Positions 21,641 through 30,884 of a stretch of DNA of 64,000 bases are shown here, piece after piece. The translations under genes and the position numbers were made by a program. The notes beneath the pieces are model-generated. The model did no database searches and had not been told where the DNA came from. It was given only the letters and a program-made list of their open reading frames with translations. Location: NCBI GenBank assembly GCA_963843795.1, contig CAWJLW010000010.1, positions 62,001 to 126,000 of the forward strand, given 5' to 3'. Numbering within the stretch: the first letter of the stretch is position 1; the number at the start of each line of letters is the position of its first letter. The stretch comes from an uncultured bacterium (GTDB lineage Bacteria; Armatimonadota; Abditibacteriia; Abditibacteriales; Abditibacteriaceae).

Positions 21641-21733
21641 CACGCAGCCAGCAAACAATTAAATTTCTCGGCACGCAATTGTCTCTAATCCCGCACGGCA
21701 AGTACTTGCAGCACAAGTTCAAGGAGAACAATA

Positions 21734-22945
21734 ATGAAAGCGATAGTGTGGAAAGGCGTGGGCGATATTCAAGTCGAAGAAGTTGCAGACCCGAAAATTG
21801 AAGATTCGACGGATGCGATTGTGCGCCTCACAGCGAGCGCGATTTGCGGCACCGATTTACATTTTGTGCGCGGAACCGTGCCCGATATGGTGCCGGGAAC
21901 AATTTTGGGCCATGAAGGCGTCGGCATCATCGAAGAATTGGGTTCGGATGTGCGCAATCTTAGCGTCGGCGACCGCGTGGTCATTCCGTCCACCATCGCC
22001 TGCGGCTATTGTTCTTATTGTCGCGCCGGTTATTATGCGCAGTGCGACAACGCCAACCCGAACGGTTCGGGCGCGGGCACCGCATTTTTTGGCGGCCCCA
22101 AAGCCAGTGGCCCATTTCACGGCTTGCAGGCCGAAAAAGCGCGCGTTCCTTATGCGCACGTCGGTTTGGTAAAGCTGCCCGATAGCGTGAGCGATGAACA
22201 GGCGATTTTGATTTCCGATATTTTTCCGACCGGATATTTCGGGGCGGAAATGGCCGAAATTGAAGATGGCGACACAGTCGCAGTTTTCGGCTGCGGCCCG
22301 GTCGGACAGTTCGCCATCGCCAGCGCGAAATTGCTGGGAGCGGGGCGCATTTTCGCCATCGACCACATCGAATCGCGTTTGGAAATGGCCAAAGAACAAG
22401 GCGCGGAAATCATTAATTTCGATGAAGAAGATCCGGTCAAAACCATTCAGCGCTTGACCGGCGGTATCGGCGTTGACCGCGCCATTGACGCCGTCGGCGT
22501 CGATTCGCAGCACGCGCATCACGGGCCAGCCGAGCCCAAAGCCAAAGCCGAGCGGGAGTTCGAGGAACAAGTCGAAACCGTCGCGCCCGATGCCAACCCC
22601 GACGGCGACCATTGGGTTCCCGGCGACGCCCCCAGTCAGGCCTTGGATTGGGCAGTCGAAGCGCTGTGCAAGGCGGGCACGCTGTCAATTATCGGCGTTT
22701 ATCCCGAAACTGCCGACTTTTTTCCCATTGGCAAAGCGATGAACAAAAACCTCACGCTCAACATGGGCAATTGTCATCACCGCAAATACATTCCGATGCT
22801 GGTCGAACTCGTGCGTTCGGGCGAAATTAACCCGCTGCACATCCTGACTCAGACCGAACCACTGACCGACGCAATTTCGGCATATGAAGCCTTTGACACG
22901 CGCCAACCGGGTTGGATAAAAGTCGAACTCGAACCGCGCGTTTAA
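21734..22945 (+). CDS. Zn-dependent alcohol/formaldehyde dehydrogenase (MDR family)
   Basis: ICGTDLH, GHE, CGYCSYC...C, SDIFPTG, GCGPVG; AAGGAG site. Confidence 0.93.
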   Translation: MKAIVWKGVGDIQVEEVADPKIEDSTDAIVRLTASAICGTDLHFVRGTVPDMVPGTILGHEGVGIIEELGSDVRNLSVGDRVVIPSTIACGYCSYCRAGYYAQCDNANPNGSGAGTAFFGGPKASGPFHGLQAEKARVPYAHVGLVKLPDSVSDEQAILISDIFPTGYFGAEMAEIEDGDTVAVFGCGPVGQFAIASAKLLGAGRIFAIDHIESRLEMAKEQGAEIINFDEEDPVKTIQRLTGGIGVDRAIDAVGVDSQHAHHGPAEPKAKAEREFEEQVETVAPDANPDGDHWVPGDAPSQALDWAVEALCKAGTLSIIGVYPETADFFPIGKAMNKNLTLNMGNCHHRKYIPMLVELVRSGEINPLHILTQTEPLTDAISAYEAFDTRQPGWIKVELEPRV

Positions 22946-23013
22946 GAAGTTTCAAAGCAAAACGTCCACTGCAAGTACTTGCAGTGGGCGTTTGTATTTG
23001 TCGGTAACAGAAT

Positions 23014-23547
23014 TCACGGAAAATCAATCCAGCGCGCGTCCAGCGCTTTGACCAAAAACAGGCGCGCTTCGGGGTTGTAAAATTCGACGCCATCTTGATG
23101 CGCTTCTCCTGCGCGCACGATTAAAATGGTCGGATTGGAATCGTGGCGGCGACCGACACTGAGCGCGATTTCGCGTTCAATCGACAAATGCACGTATTGG
23201 CGATCCATCGAACGCAAACCTTCGTGGCGAATCGCTTCCAAAGCTTTGCGCGACGTGCCGTGATACAAAATTTCGGGCGGCGTTATCGGTTGATAATCGA
23301 CGACCGGCACGACCGAATGTCCGTAACGCGCGCGAATTTTCGCGCCCCCTTGATCTTCCAAGATTTCAAAGCGCTGCTTGTCGGAATCGCGCACCACTTC
23401 GCGCACGCTGGTTTCGCTGGCCTTTAAGGTTTGCAATACATCGTGCAAAGATGCAAAACCGGCATCGTCAAGCATTAGATCGCGCGGACGATGGCGCAGC
23501 AAAGTGGAAAGTTTTTTGGATAAGCGTTTGTGTTCGGCAGGTGTCAT
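23014..23547 (-). CDS. kptA: RNA 2'-phosphotransferase (KptA/Tpt1)
   Basis: LSTLLRH, DKQRF, IRARYGHS, LYHGT, RQYVHLS. Confidence 0.93.
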   Translation of the reverse strand: MTPAEHKRLSKKLSTLLRHRPRDLMLDDAGFASLHDVLQTLKASETSVREVVRDSDKQRFEILEDQGGAKIRARYGHSVVPVVDYQPITPPEILYHGTSRKALEAIRHEGLRSMDRQYVHLSIEREIALSVGRRHDSNPTILIVRAGEAHQDGVEFYNPEARLFLVKALDARWIDFP

Positions 23548-23586
23548 AAAAATGCGGCGCGGCAAGTACTTGCAGCGCTGTTGGGT

Positions 23587-24633
23587 TTAACGATTGGTTG
23601 CATAAGGCGCGTAATTCAAGCGAAAATTGAAATTCTGACTGGTTAAGCCGCGACTGACGTGGCCATCGACATACAAGAAATTCGCGCCGATTCCATCGGG
23701 CAATTCGTGGCGAAAAATCAGATCGCGCCCATCGTAATTCGCGTTCGGACGCGGCACGTTATTTTCGTAAATCACCACAGTTTTCGCGGGGTTTTCCACA
23801 TCGCTTTCGATGTGCTTCGAAAGTTTCCAGTTCATCGCGTAGCCGTGACCATCTGGCTCTAAAACCGGACAATGAAAAACGATGTTGTTTTTCACGTAGG
23901 GCGTGAAATCGTCCTGCCATTTATCGGCGGGTGGCAGTTTGTCGTCGTAATCCTGCATATACTGGCGCATCGCCAAACCAACCTGCCGCAGACGATTGCT
24001 GCACACTTCGCTGGCGCGCGCATCGGTTGTGGCCATCGAAACCGTCGGCGTGATACCAATATCGGCGGGCGGCGGCGCTTCCGACATACTGGCATTCGAC
24101 GGCACCTTTGTGGCCGGAGAAGTTGTCGTCGCGGCGTTCGCGGGCGCGGTTTGGAGCGCGGCGTCAATCTCTTGCATCAACGGATCTTGCGAACCGATCC
24201 AGTTGCGCGCGGTTTCCAGCAAATCGACTTTCCAACCACCCGCGCTTTGCACGCACGCGACCGGCGGAAGCGGCTTGGGTTTAGAAACCGGCATCACAGT
24301 GACATTGGCGCGCTGGCGATTATTGCTGTACAGCGTGCGCGCTTCGACCGCATTGAACTGCGCGACGGTGAACAAGCGCGCCATCAAACGTTCGCTCATT
24401 TCGGGGTTGATGGTTTTCAAGCGACCGTATTCGAACAAATCTTCCGATTTGGAACGGAACGGATTTAAAAACGGATTAGCGCTAAGCGTGAGAACAAAGG
24501 CCTTGGCCGCCTCATCAGCGCTTTGCGGAATCGGGTCGTTCTGGCTTTGTGCCCACAAGCGCGCGCCACCTACGCTGCTGAGTAAAATTGCCGCACCGAC
24601 ACCGGCGCGAATCCACATTTTGCTTTTTTGCAT
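23587..24633 (-). CDS. Secreted protein with C-terminal DUF1559 / H-X9-DG module
   Basis: Signal peptide; CSNRLRQVGLAMRQYMQDYDDKLP; FHCP; RH...GANFLYVDGHV; AGGAG site. Confidence 0.75.
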   Translation of the reverse strand: MQKSKMWIRAGVGAAILLSSVGGARLWAQSQNDPIPQSADEAAKAFVLTLSANPFLNPFRSKSEDLFEYGRLKTINPEMSERLMARLFTVAQFNAVEARTLYSNNRQRANVTVMPVSKPKPLPPVACVQSAGGWKVDLLETARNWIGSQDPLMQEIDAALQTAPANAATTTSPATKVPSNASMSEAPPPADIGITPTVSMATTDARASEVCSNRLRQVGLAMRQYMQDYDDKLPPADKWQDDFTPYVKNNIVFHCPVLEPDGHGYAMNWKLSKHIESDVENPAKTVVIYENNVPRPNANYDGRDLIFRHELPDGIGANFLYVDGHVSRGLTSQNFNFRLNYAPYATNR

Positions 24634-24775
24634 TGCTATTCTCCTAATCGTGCTGTAAATAATTGCTGCAAGTACTTGCACTGCGGTTTAACCCATTCGA
24701 CAGCGCCATTTGATAAAATGGCGCGCAGACAACAGATTTATTTTAATTTTTATTTTAATCGACAAAGGAATTGAC

Positions 24776-26146
24776 ATGCGTTCTAAAGACAAGCGCCGCG
24801 AAACCAAAGCCGGAATGCTCGGCGCGCCCGTAAACACGCGCCCCATCGAAGAATGCGCTTCCATGCACGAAGCCTTTATGGCCCTGCCGCGCGCCTGCGG
24901 TGCCTCGACGCAATCCGCCGCGTATCAAATTCTCTATCGCGCCATCGTCGAAGAAGTTCCCTTCGTCCTCGCCGTTTCGGGCATCGCCAGCCTGAGCAAT
25001 CAAACGCGATTCTGGATTAACTCGATGATTCGCGCCGGTTATATCTGCGCCATTTCCACTACAGACGCCTTAACTTATCACGACGGACACGACGCCCTGC
25101 GTCCATTGCCCAAAAATCGCAAAGGCAAAAGCGAAAAAACCGAGCGCCCGATTCGTTCCATCGACCCCAACGGCGACGATGGAGAATATCGCGACAATCG
25201 CGTGATTCGCGTTTACGATGTCGGCTTCAAAGAAGAAATTTTGGAAGAGCAAGACCGCGTCACGCGCTGGCTTTTCCAGCAGCCCGAATTCGGTCATACC
25301 ATGACCACGACCGAGCGTAATTATCGCATGGGCAAACTTTACGGCGCGCTGGAAGAAGCGCGCGAAATTGAACCCGGCTTACTCGCGACTTGCTACGAAT
25401 ACGCGGTGCCAGTTTTCGTCGGCGCGCCCGGCGATGGCAGCAATTCGCTGGGAATGTTGCCCTTACGAATGGACGCCGAACTTTACGGCACCGAATTCGG
25501 CTTCAACTACGACCCGCTGGGCGACGTGATGGAAGCCTGCGCTTATCATTTCTGGGGTTTGTTCTCGAATCCGGTCAAGGAACTCGGCATTTTAGTCATG
25601 GGCGGCGGCGTGCCGAAAAACTTCGCGCTTCAACCCGAACCGTCGTTGTTACAAAATTTCATGCTCGATAGCGGCAAACACGAAGTGCGCGGTTATAAAT
25701 ATGATCTGCAAATCACCAGCGCACCGGTTTCCGATGGCAGCCTCAGTTCTTGTCCGCCCGCCGAAGCCGTGAGCTGGGGCAAAGTGGATCGCGACACGTT
25801 TCAAGATACGACCGCTTCGGTTTACGGCGACTATACGCAACTGTTCTGGCCAATGGCGTATTCGCTGTTCGAACGCAGGCGTCATTTTCAGGCCGAATAC
25901 AATGGTTTAAAAACCAAAGAACGCAGCAAGTACTTGCAGGAAACTCCCGAAGCTCGCGGCCTGTTGCGCTTGGATGGTCCGCCGAAATTGTTCTTAAAAC
26001 GCGACCAGCTAATGCAAGAATTCGTTGAAGTCGCGGGTTCAAAAAAGAACATGGCGCGCATCAAAGAATGGTACCAAGATTCGCCCGAACTGTTCAAAAC
26101 GCTGGCTAAATTGCGCAAAAACGGCGCGCTTGATGTGAAGCTTTGA
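24776..26146 (+). CDS. Deoxyhypusine synthase-like protein (possible homospermidine synthase)
   Basis: VRVYD-like IRVYD, VFVGAPGDGS, GGGVPKNF, GSLSSCPPAEAVSWGK (active-site Lys). Confidence 0.85.
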   Translation: MRSKDKRRETKAGMLGAPVNTRPIEECASMHEAFMALPRACGASTQSAAYQILYRAIVEEVPFVLAVSGIASLSNQTRFWINSMIRAGYICAISTTDALTYHDGHDALRPLPKNRKGKSEKTERPIRSIDPNGDDGEYRDNRVIRVYDVGFKEEILEEQDRVTRWLFQQPEFGHTMTTTERNYRMGKLYGALEEAREIEPGLLATCYEYAVPVFVGAPGDGSNSLGMLPLRMDAELYGTEFGFNYDPLGDVMEACAYHFWGLFSNPVKELGILVMGGGVPKNFALQPEPSLLQNFMLDSGKHEVRGYKYDLQITSAPVSDGSLSSCPPAEAVSWGKVDRDTFQDTTASVYGDYTQLFWPMAYSLFERRRHFQAEYNGLKTKERSKYLQETPEARGLLRLDGPPKLFLKRDQLMQEFVEVAGSKKNMARIKEWYQDSPELFKTLAKLRKNGALDVKL

Positions 26147-26234
26147 AAATTCAGCGCAAAAATGTAAAGAGAACAGAGAAAGTTCTTGTTTCCTCATACA
26201 TTTATACATTTTCTTTACGTTTTTGCGCTGATTT

Positions 26235-27287
26235 TCACAAAGGATAATCAACTATTAGAGGGCAATGATCGGAAGCACGGCTGTCGGGCACAAAGGCATC
26301 AAGCGGCGTCCAATCCGCGCGCGACCATTGATAATCAATGCGAATGACCGGCAGGCGCGAATCGAAAGTTGAGCCGAAACCTAGTCCGCGCAATGCGAAC
26401 GCGTCGCAAAATTCGCGTTTGTAACGGCGATAAAATCTGCCGCGCGGCGGCGTGTTAAAATCGCCACAAATGATGAACGGTAATCCAGATTCCAACGCGG
26501 TCGCGCGCACGATTTCGTATTGTCGGGCACGCACGCGGTTGGAAATGTTGATATTGATTTTGTAACGTTCGGCTTCAATCGGAAAATCGTCGTGCAAACG
26601 TGCGGTTCCGAAATGCGCGGTCACGATGGCAAATTTTTTCCCTTCAATTTCCAGAATGGTTTCCAAAACCTCACGATTGGTGATGTCGTTGAAAGACACG
26701 ACGCGCTGTGACAGAATTGGCCAGCGCGAAAACGTCGTGACTTCGCGCGCGCGTTGATATTTGTAGCCCGGCAATAAAGGCGCAAGCGTTTCGGTCGCAT
26801 CGGGAAAACCCGGCGTTTGCCACGCTTCTTGAAGGCACACGATGTCGGCGTTTTGCGCGCGAATCGTGCGCGCCACATCCTGCGCGCCCCACGCAATTGC
26901 GCGCACGTTGTAAGTCATCACACGCAAACTTTTTTTCGTGCCCTGATTTTTGGCAAACGGCGAACGCGCGGGAGCTAGCCAAACCGGACTCGGCGTTTGA
27001 AAACCCAAAATGGCGAACCAGCCAAAAAGCAAAGCCAGCGCATTGATTTTTGTGGCGATTGCTTCACGCTTCCACAACGAAACGAGTAATAGAACAAATG
27101 TCGGCAAAATAAACGGATGCTGCGGCACATAAGCGATGATCGTCGAAAGCCACCAGCGTTCGCCCACCAAGTTTTCCAGCACCCACAAACCCAGCAAGAA
27201 CAATAAATTCAGTGCTGCAAGTACTTGCAGCGCGCGCGATGGGCGCACTTGTCTTGCCGTGCGTTGCGAAGAAAAATTCATCGCCAT
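26235..27287 (-). CDS. Membrane-anchored endonuclease/exonuclease/phosphatase family protein
   Basis: N-terminal TM helices; VMTYNV, DIVCLQE, GDFN, RIDY, SDH. Confidence 0.9.
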   Translation of the reverse strand: MAMNFSSQRTARQVRPSRALQVLAALNLLFLLGLWVLENLVGERWWLSTIIAYVPQHPFILPTFVLLLVSLWKREAIATKINALALLFGWFAILGFQTPSPVWLAPARSPFAKNQGTKKSLRVMTYNVRAIAWGAQDVARTIRAQNADIVCLQEAWQTPGFPDATETLAPLLPGYKYQRAREVTTFSRWPILSQRVVSFNDITNREVLETILEIEGKKFAIVTAHFGTARLHDDFPIEAERYKININISNRVRARQYEIVRATALESGLPFIICGDFNTPPRGRFYRRYKREFCDAFALRGLGFGSTFDSRLPVIRIDYQWSRADWTPLDAFVPDSRASDHCPLIVDYPL

Positions 27288-27380
27288 AATTATAGGGTTT
27301 CGACACAAACTTTGCGCGCACCCGAATCACAAAACGCCCAGCAAGTACTTACTGGGCGTTTTGTAGTTCGGCTTTCAAAT

Positions 27381-27908
27381 TTACAGCAAAGGCTTGAGAA
27401 GCTTTTCCCATTCGGCGTAAGTTTTATCGCCAGAAAAAGATTTCACTAATTTGCCTTTGCGATTATAAATGTATGTGCGCGGTAGGGCGAATGCGCCTTT
27501 GAGACTGGGGTCGAAAGCGTCGATGAAACGCTCTTGCGAACCGCTGATGAGCCACGAACCGGCCAATTTATTCTTTTTCAAAAAAGGCTTGACTTTGCTA
27601 TCGCGCGTGGCCGGATCGTCGGCGGAAACCAGAACTAACGCCATGCCGCGTTTGGTGTAATTTTGTTTAAGTTTGGCCAGCGCGGGCATTTCAGCCACGC
27701 AAGGCGGACACCACGTTGCCCAGAAGTTCACAACGGTTAATTTACCTTTTTGCGCAGCGATTTTGGCTTTGACATCTTTGGCAGTCGCCGCTTTAATTAC
27801 TTGCGCGTTCGCGGTTTGAGGCGCACAAGTCGCCGCCAAAAGGGTCGCGCCAAAAGCGGCGCTGGCCAGTTGGCTTTTAAGTTGAATTTGGTTTTTAATT
27901 TGAATCAT
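27381..27908 (-). CDS. TlpA/ResA-like thiol-disulfide oxidoreductase
   Basis: VVNFWATWCPPCVAEMP; signal peptide; AAGGAG site. Confidence 0.92.
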   Translation of the reverse strand: MIQIKNQIQLKSQLASAAFGATLLAATCAPQTANAQVIKAATAKDVKAKIAAQKGKLTVVNFWATWCPPCVAEMPALAKLKQNYTKRGMALVLVSADDPATRDSKVKPFLKKNKLAGSWLISGSQERFIDAFDPSLKGAFALPRTYIYNRKGKLVKSFSGDKTYAEWEKLLKPLL

Positions 27909-28018
27909 GTATCTCCTTGAATTAAAAATTGATAGATTAAACGGTGCTGGCCCGCCGCAAGTACTTGCAGCGGGCCAGCACAAGTTGGGGCGTCGCAAAA
28001 ACGTTATTTACACGTTGC

Positions 28019-28669
28019 TCAATTGGCGCGTTTGATGCCGCAGCCGAAAGCGCGGGTTTCTTTGGCGGGGACAGTTTTACCGGTCAGCACGGCATCGACG
28101 GCGGCTTTCAAATCGTGGCTTTGAATGTCGTCCGCGTTCTGGCTGTCATCAATGCGACCGTGATAACGCAAAGTGCCTTTGTTGTCGATCACATAAGCTT
28201 CGGGCGTGACTTGAGCATCAAAGCGGTCAGCGATGATGTTGCCTTTGTCTTTCAACACGACAAAATCGAAACCGTTCTGCTGCGCGTGGGCTTTAATCGA
28301 CGGGGCGTCTTCAGCTTTGTTGGCGTTGATACCATAAACCGTCACGCCTTTAGCGGCGTAGTTTCTGGCAAAAGCGGCCATGCGTTGATTATAAGCATTG
28401 GAAACCGGACAGCGCGTGGAAACAAACAGCAGAACGGTTGCTTTGTTTTTGTCCCACCGCATTTCAGTAGCTTTGCCATCGGCATCGGGGAGGGTGAACG
28501 CCGCGACTTTCTGGTCAATTGCAACTTTGGCCGCAGCGCTGCTGTTAGCAGCTTTCAGGTCGCTTGTAGCAGGTCTGTTCGTGGCGGGCGCTTTCATAGC
28601 CCAAGCCGCGATACCGCATACGAAGATGCTCGCGCCCACAAGGGCTAACAGATTCTTCCTTTTGTGCAT
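28019..28669 (-). CDS. Exported AhpC/TSA (peroxiredoxin-like) thioredoxin-family protein
   Basis: CPVS, TPEAYV, YHGRIDD, C-terminal GCGIK. Confidence 0.88.
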   Translation of the reverse strand: MHKRKNLLALVGASIFVCGIAAWAMKAPATNRPATSDLKAANSSAAAKVAIDQKVAAFTLPDADGKATEMRWDKNKATVLLFVSTRCPVSNAYNQRMAAFARNYAAKGVTVYGINANKAEDAPSIKAHAQQNGFDFVVLKDKGNIIADRFDAQVTPEAYVIDNKGTLRYHGRIDDSQNADDIQSHDLKAAVDAVLTGKTVPAKETRAFGCGIKRAN

Positions 28670-28838
28670 TTTTTCGTCTCCTGATTGAGTCGGAACTGAA
28701 TCCAATTGTGCTTAAAACTCTTGGGCCGCCCGACGTTGTGAGTGCGCGGACGTTCCGGTGCGAGTTCTTTCAAGCTATGAATCGTAATGAGAAATATCGT
28801 GTGACGGCAGGGGTCGCGCACTCGTTAAAATAGATTCA

Positions 28839-29723
28839 ATGCTTTCTTCCCATTTATGGCCACCGCGCAATTTTGGCGCGCTCGATGAGCCACTTTGCAA
28901 TTATGACGGCGCGCGTTTTGTCGTTGTACCCGCGCCTTACGATGCCACAACGACCTGGCGCGGAGGCACGCGCGAAGGGCCGGACGCGATTATCAACGCG
29001 TCGATGAACATGGAATGGTTCGACCGCGAACTGGAATGCGAAATCGCCGATTGCGGCATTTTCACCAGCAATACAATCGAACCCGACGCGCGCGGTCCGC
29101 AATTTATGACCGAACGCGTGCGCGAAGTTATCGCACAAGTACTTGCAGCGGGCAAAACGCCTTTCCTGTTGGGCGGCGAACATTCATTAAGTTTGGGTGC
29201 GGTGCAGGCCATAGCAAGTACTTGCGATGGCCCACTGAGCGTTTTGCAATTGGATGCACACAGCGATTTGCGCCAGCAATATGGTGGCAGCCCGTTCAGT
29301 CATGGCAGCGTGGCGCGTCGTATCAGCGAGATTCCCAATGTCGACATCGTGCAGGTCGGTTTGCGCTCGACTTCGCAGGAAGAGTTCGACAACGTGCCAC
29401 TGCACGTTCATCAGATGTGGGCCGAAGATGTGTTAGGAAATTTCACTGAGACGCTCGCGGAAGTCGATAATCGCTTGGGCAAAAACCTTTATATTACTTT
29501 CGATGTCGATGTGTGCGACCCCAGTTGGATGCCCGCGACCGGCACACCCGAACCCGGCGGGCTGAGCTTTTATCAAGTGCGCGACCTGTTGAAAGTGGCC
29601 TGTCGCAATCGCCGTGTCATTGGAATGGATTGCGTGGAGTTAATGAGCGGGCACGAAGCCAGCGCTTTTGCCGTCGCACGCTTGTTGTACAAAACCATGG
29701 GCTACATCAACCTTAATTCATAA
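28839..29723 (+). CDS. speB: Agmatinase (ureohydrolase)
   Basis: GGEHS, DAHSDLR, SHG, TFDVDVCDP...ATGTPEPGG. Confidence 0.92.
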   Translation: MLSSHLWPPRNFGALDEPLCNYDGARFVVVPAPYDATTTWRGGTREGPDAIINASMNMEWFDRELECEIADCGIFTSNTIEPDARGPQFMTERVREVIAQVLAAGKTPFLLGGEHSLSLGAVQAIASTCDGPLSVLQLDAHSDLRQQYGGSPFSHGSVARRISEIPNVDIVQVGLRSTSQEEFDNVPLHVHQMWAEDVLGNFTETLAEVDNRLGKNLYITFDVDVCDPSWMPATGTPEPGGLSFYQVRDLLKVACRNRRVIGMDCVELMSGHEASAFAVARLLYKTMGYINLNS

Positions 29724-29877
29724 ATTCATAATTTTTGACGAAAAGTTCAGGAAAATCGCAGTTTGGTTTCGAGTCGTTCGGTTAACTTGACGCCCAGCAA
29801 AGGCGTCATTAGACTTCCTGCGCTTCTCAGCCGTTTAGCCTCGATCATTTGTTACCGCGGTTTCGCAGCCCTTATTT

Positions 29878-30843
29878 ATGACGACAATTCAAGAGCCGCG
29901 CGACGCTCCTCAAAACGCTCAAAATGCCACCCAATTCGCAGAAACCGAAGCCGCGTTAGATGCGTTCGCGATCAAAAATCTTTCTGGCAAAAATCCCAAC
30001 GAACCGCTTGTGCCGCCCACGCGCGTGGTCATTGAAGCCAGCAGTTCGCGCGTGGGGGTCAACTGGCGCGAATTGTGGCAGTTCCGCGAACTGTTGGGAT
30101 TTTTGACGTGGCGCGACCTCAAAGTGCGCTACAAACAAACCGCGCTGGGCGTGCTGTGGGCGATTATGCAGCCGCTGTTCACGATGCTGATTTTCAATGC
30201 ATTTCTGGGTCGCGTCACCAATGTCGCCTCGATAAGCGCCAACATTCCCCAGGGAATTGCGATTTATGCAGCGCTGGTTCCGTGGACGTTTTTTGCCAAT
30301 GCAGTCACGACCAGCGGCAACAGTTTGGTCGGTAGCGCGCACCTGATTTCCAAGGTGTATTTTCCGCGCCTTTTGGTGCCGACTGCAGCCGTTATCGCTG
30401 CTCTGCTCGACTTCGTTATCGCGAGCATTTTTCTCTTGCCACTGTTGCTCGCATATGGCTACCTTCCGCCCATCGGCTGGCACACGTTGATGATGTTGCC
30501 CATTGTGGTTCTGATGGCGCTATTGGGTTTGGGCGCGGGATTGTGGATGTCGGCCCTGAACGTGAAATATCGCGATATTCGCTATGCGCTGCCCTTCATT
30601 ATGCAGTTGGGCTTGTTTGGCACACCAATTTTTTACGCGCGGCAAACTTTACCCGCCAAATGGCAAACCGTATTGTTATTCAACCCGATGACCGGCGTCA
30701 TCGAAAACTTCCGTGCCGCGATGTTCGGCCTGCCGTTTCAGTGGCTTTCACTGGGTGTTTCGTGTGTTTTAGCGGCACTGATGATGTTTTATGCGCTGCT
30801 GGTTTTTCGCCACATGGAGCGCAGTTTCGCCGATATTATTTAA
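29878..30843 (+). CDS. wzm: Polysaccharide ABC exporter permease
   Basis: RDLKVRYKQTALGVLWAIMQPL, KVYFPR, YRDI, NPM. Confidence 0.92.
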   Translation: MTTIQEPRDAPQNAQNATQFAETEAALDAFAIKNLSGKNPNEPLVPPTRVVIEASSSRVGVNWRELWQFRELLGFLTWRDLKVRYKQTALGVLWAIMQPLFTMLIFNAFLGRVTNVASISANIPQGIAIYAALVPWTFFANAVTTSGNSLVGSAHLISKVYFPRLLVPTAAVIAALLDFVIASIFLLPLLLAYGYLPPIGWHTLMMLPIVVLMALLGLGAGLWMSALNVKYRDIRYALPFIMQLGLFGTPIFYARQTLPAKWQTVLLFNPMTGVIENFRAAMFGLPFQWLSLGVSCVLAALMMFYALLVFRHMERSFADII

Positions 30844-30884
30844 GCCATTCCGCCCGTGCAAGTACTTGCACGGGCATTCCAAAG

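Noticed and set aside
30543..30884. 532-aa Wzt with long N-terminal extension
   Set aside because: The extension overlaps wzm; the ABC domain starts at ATG 30885.
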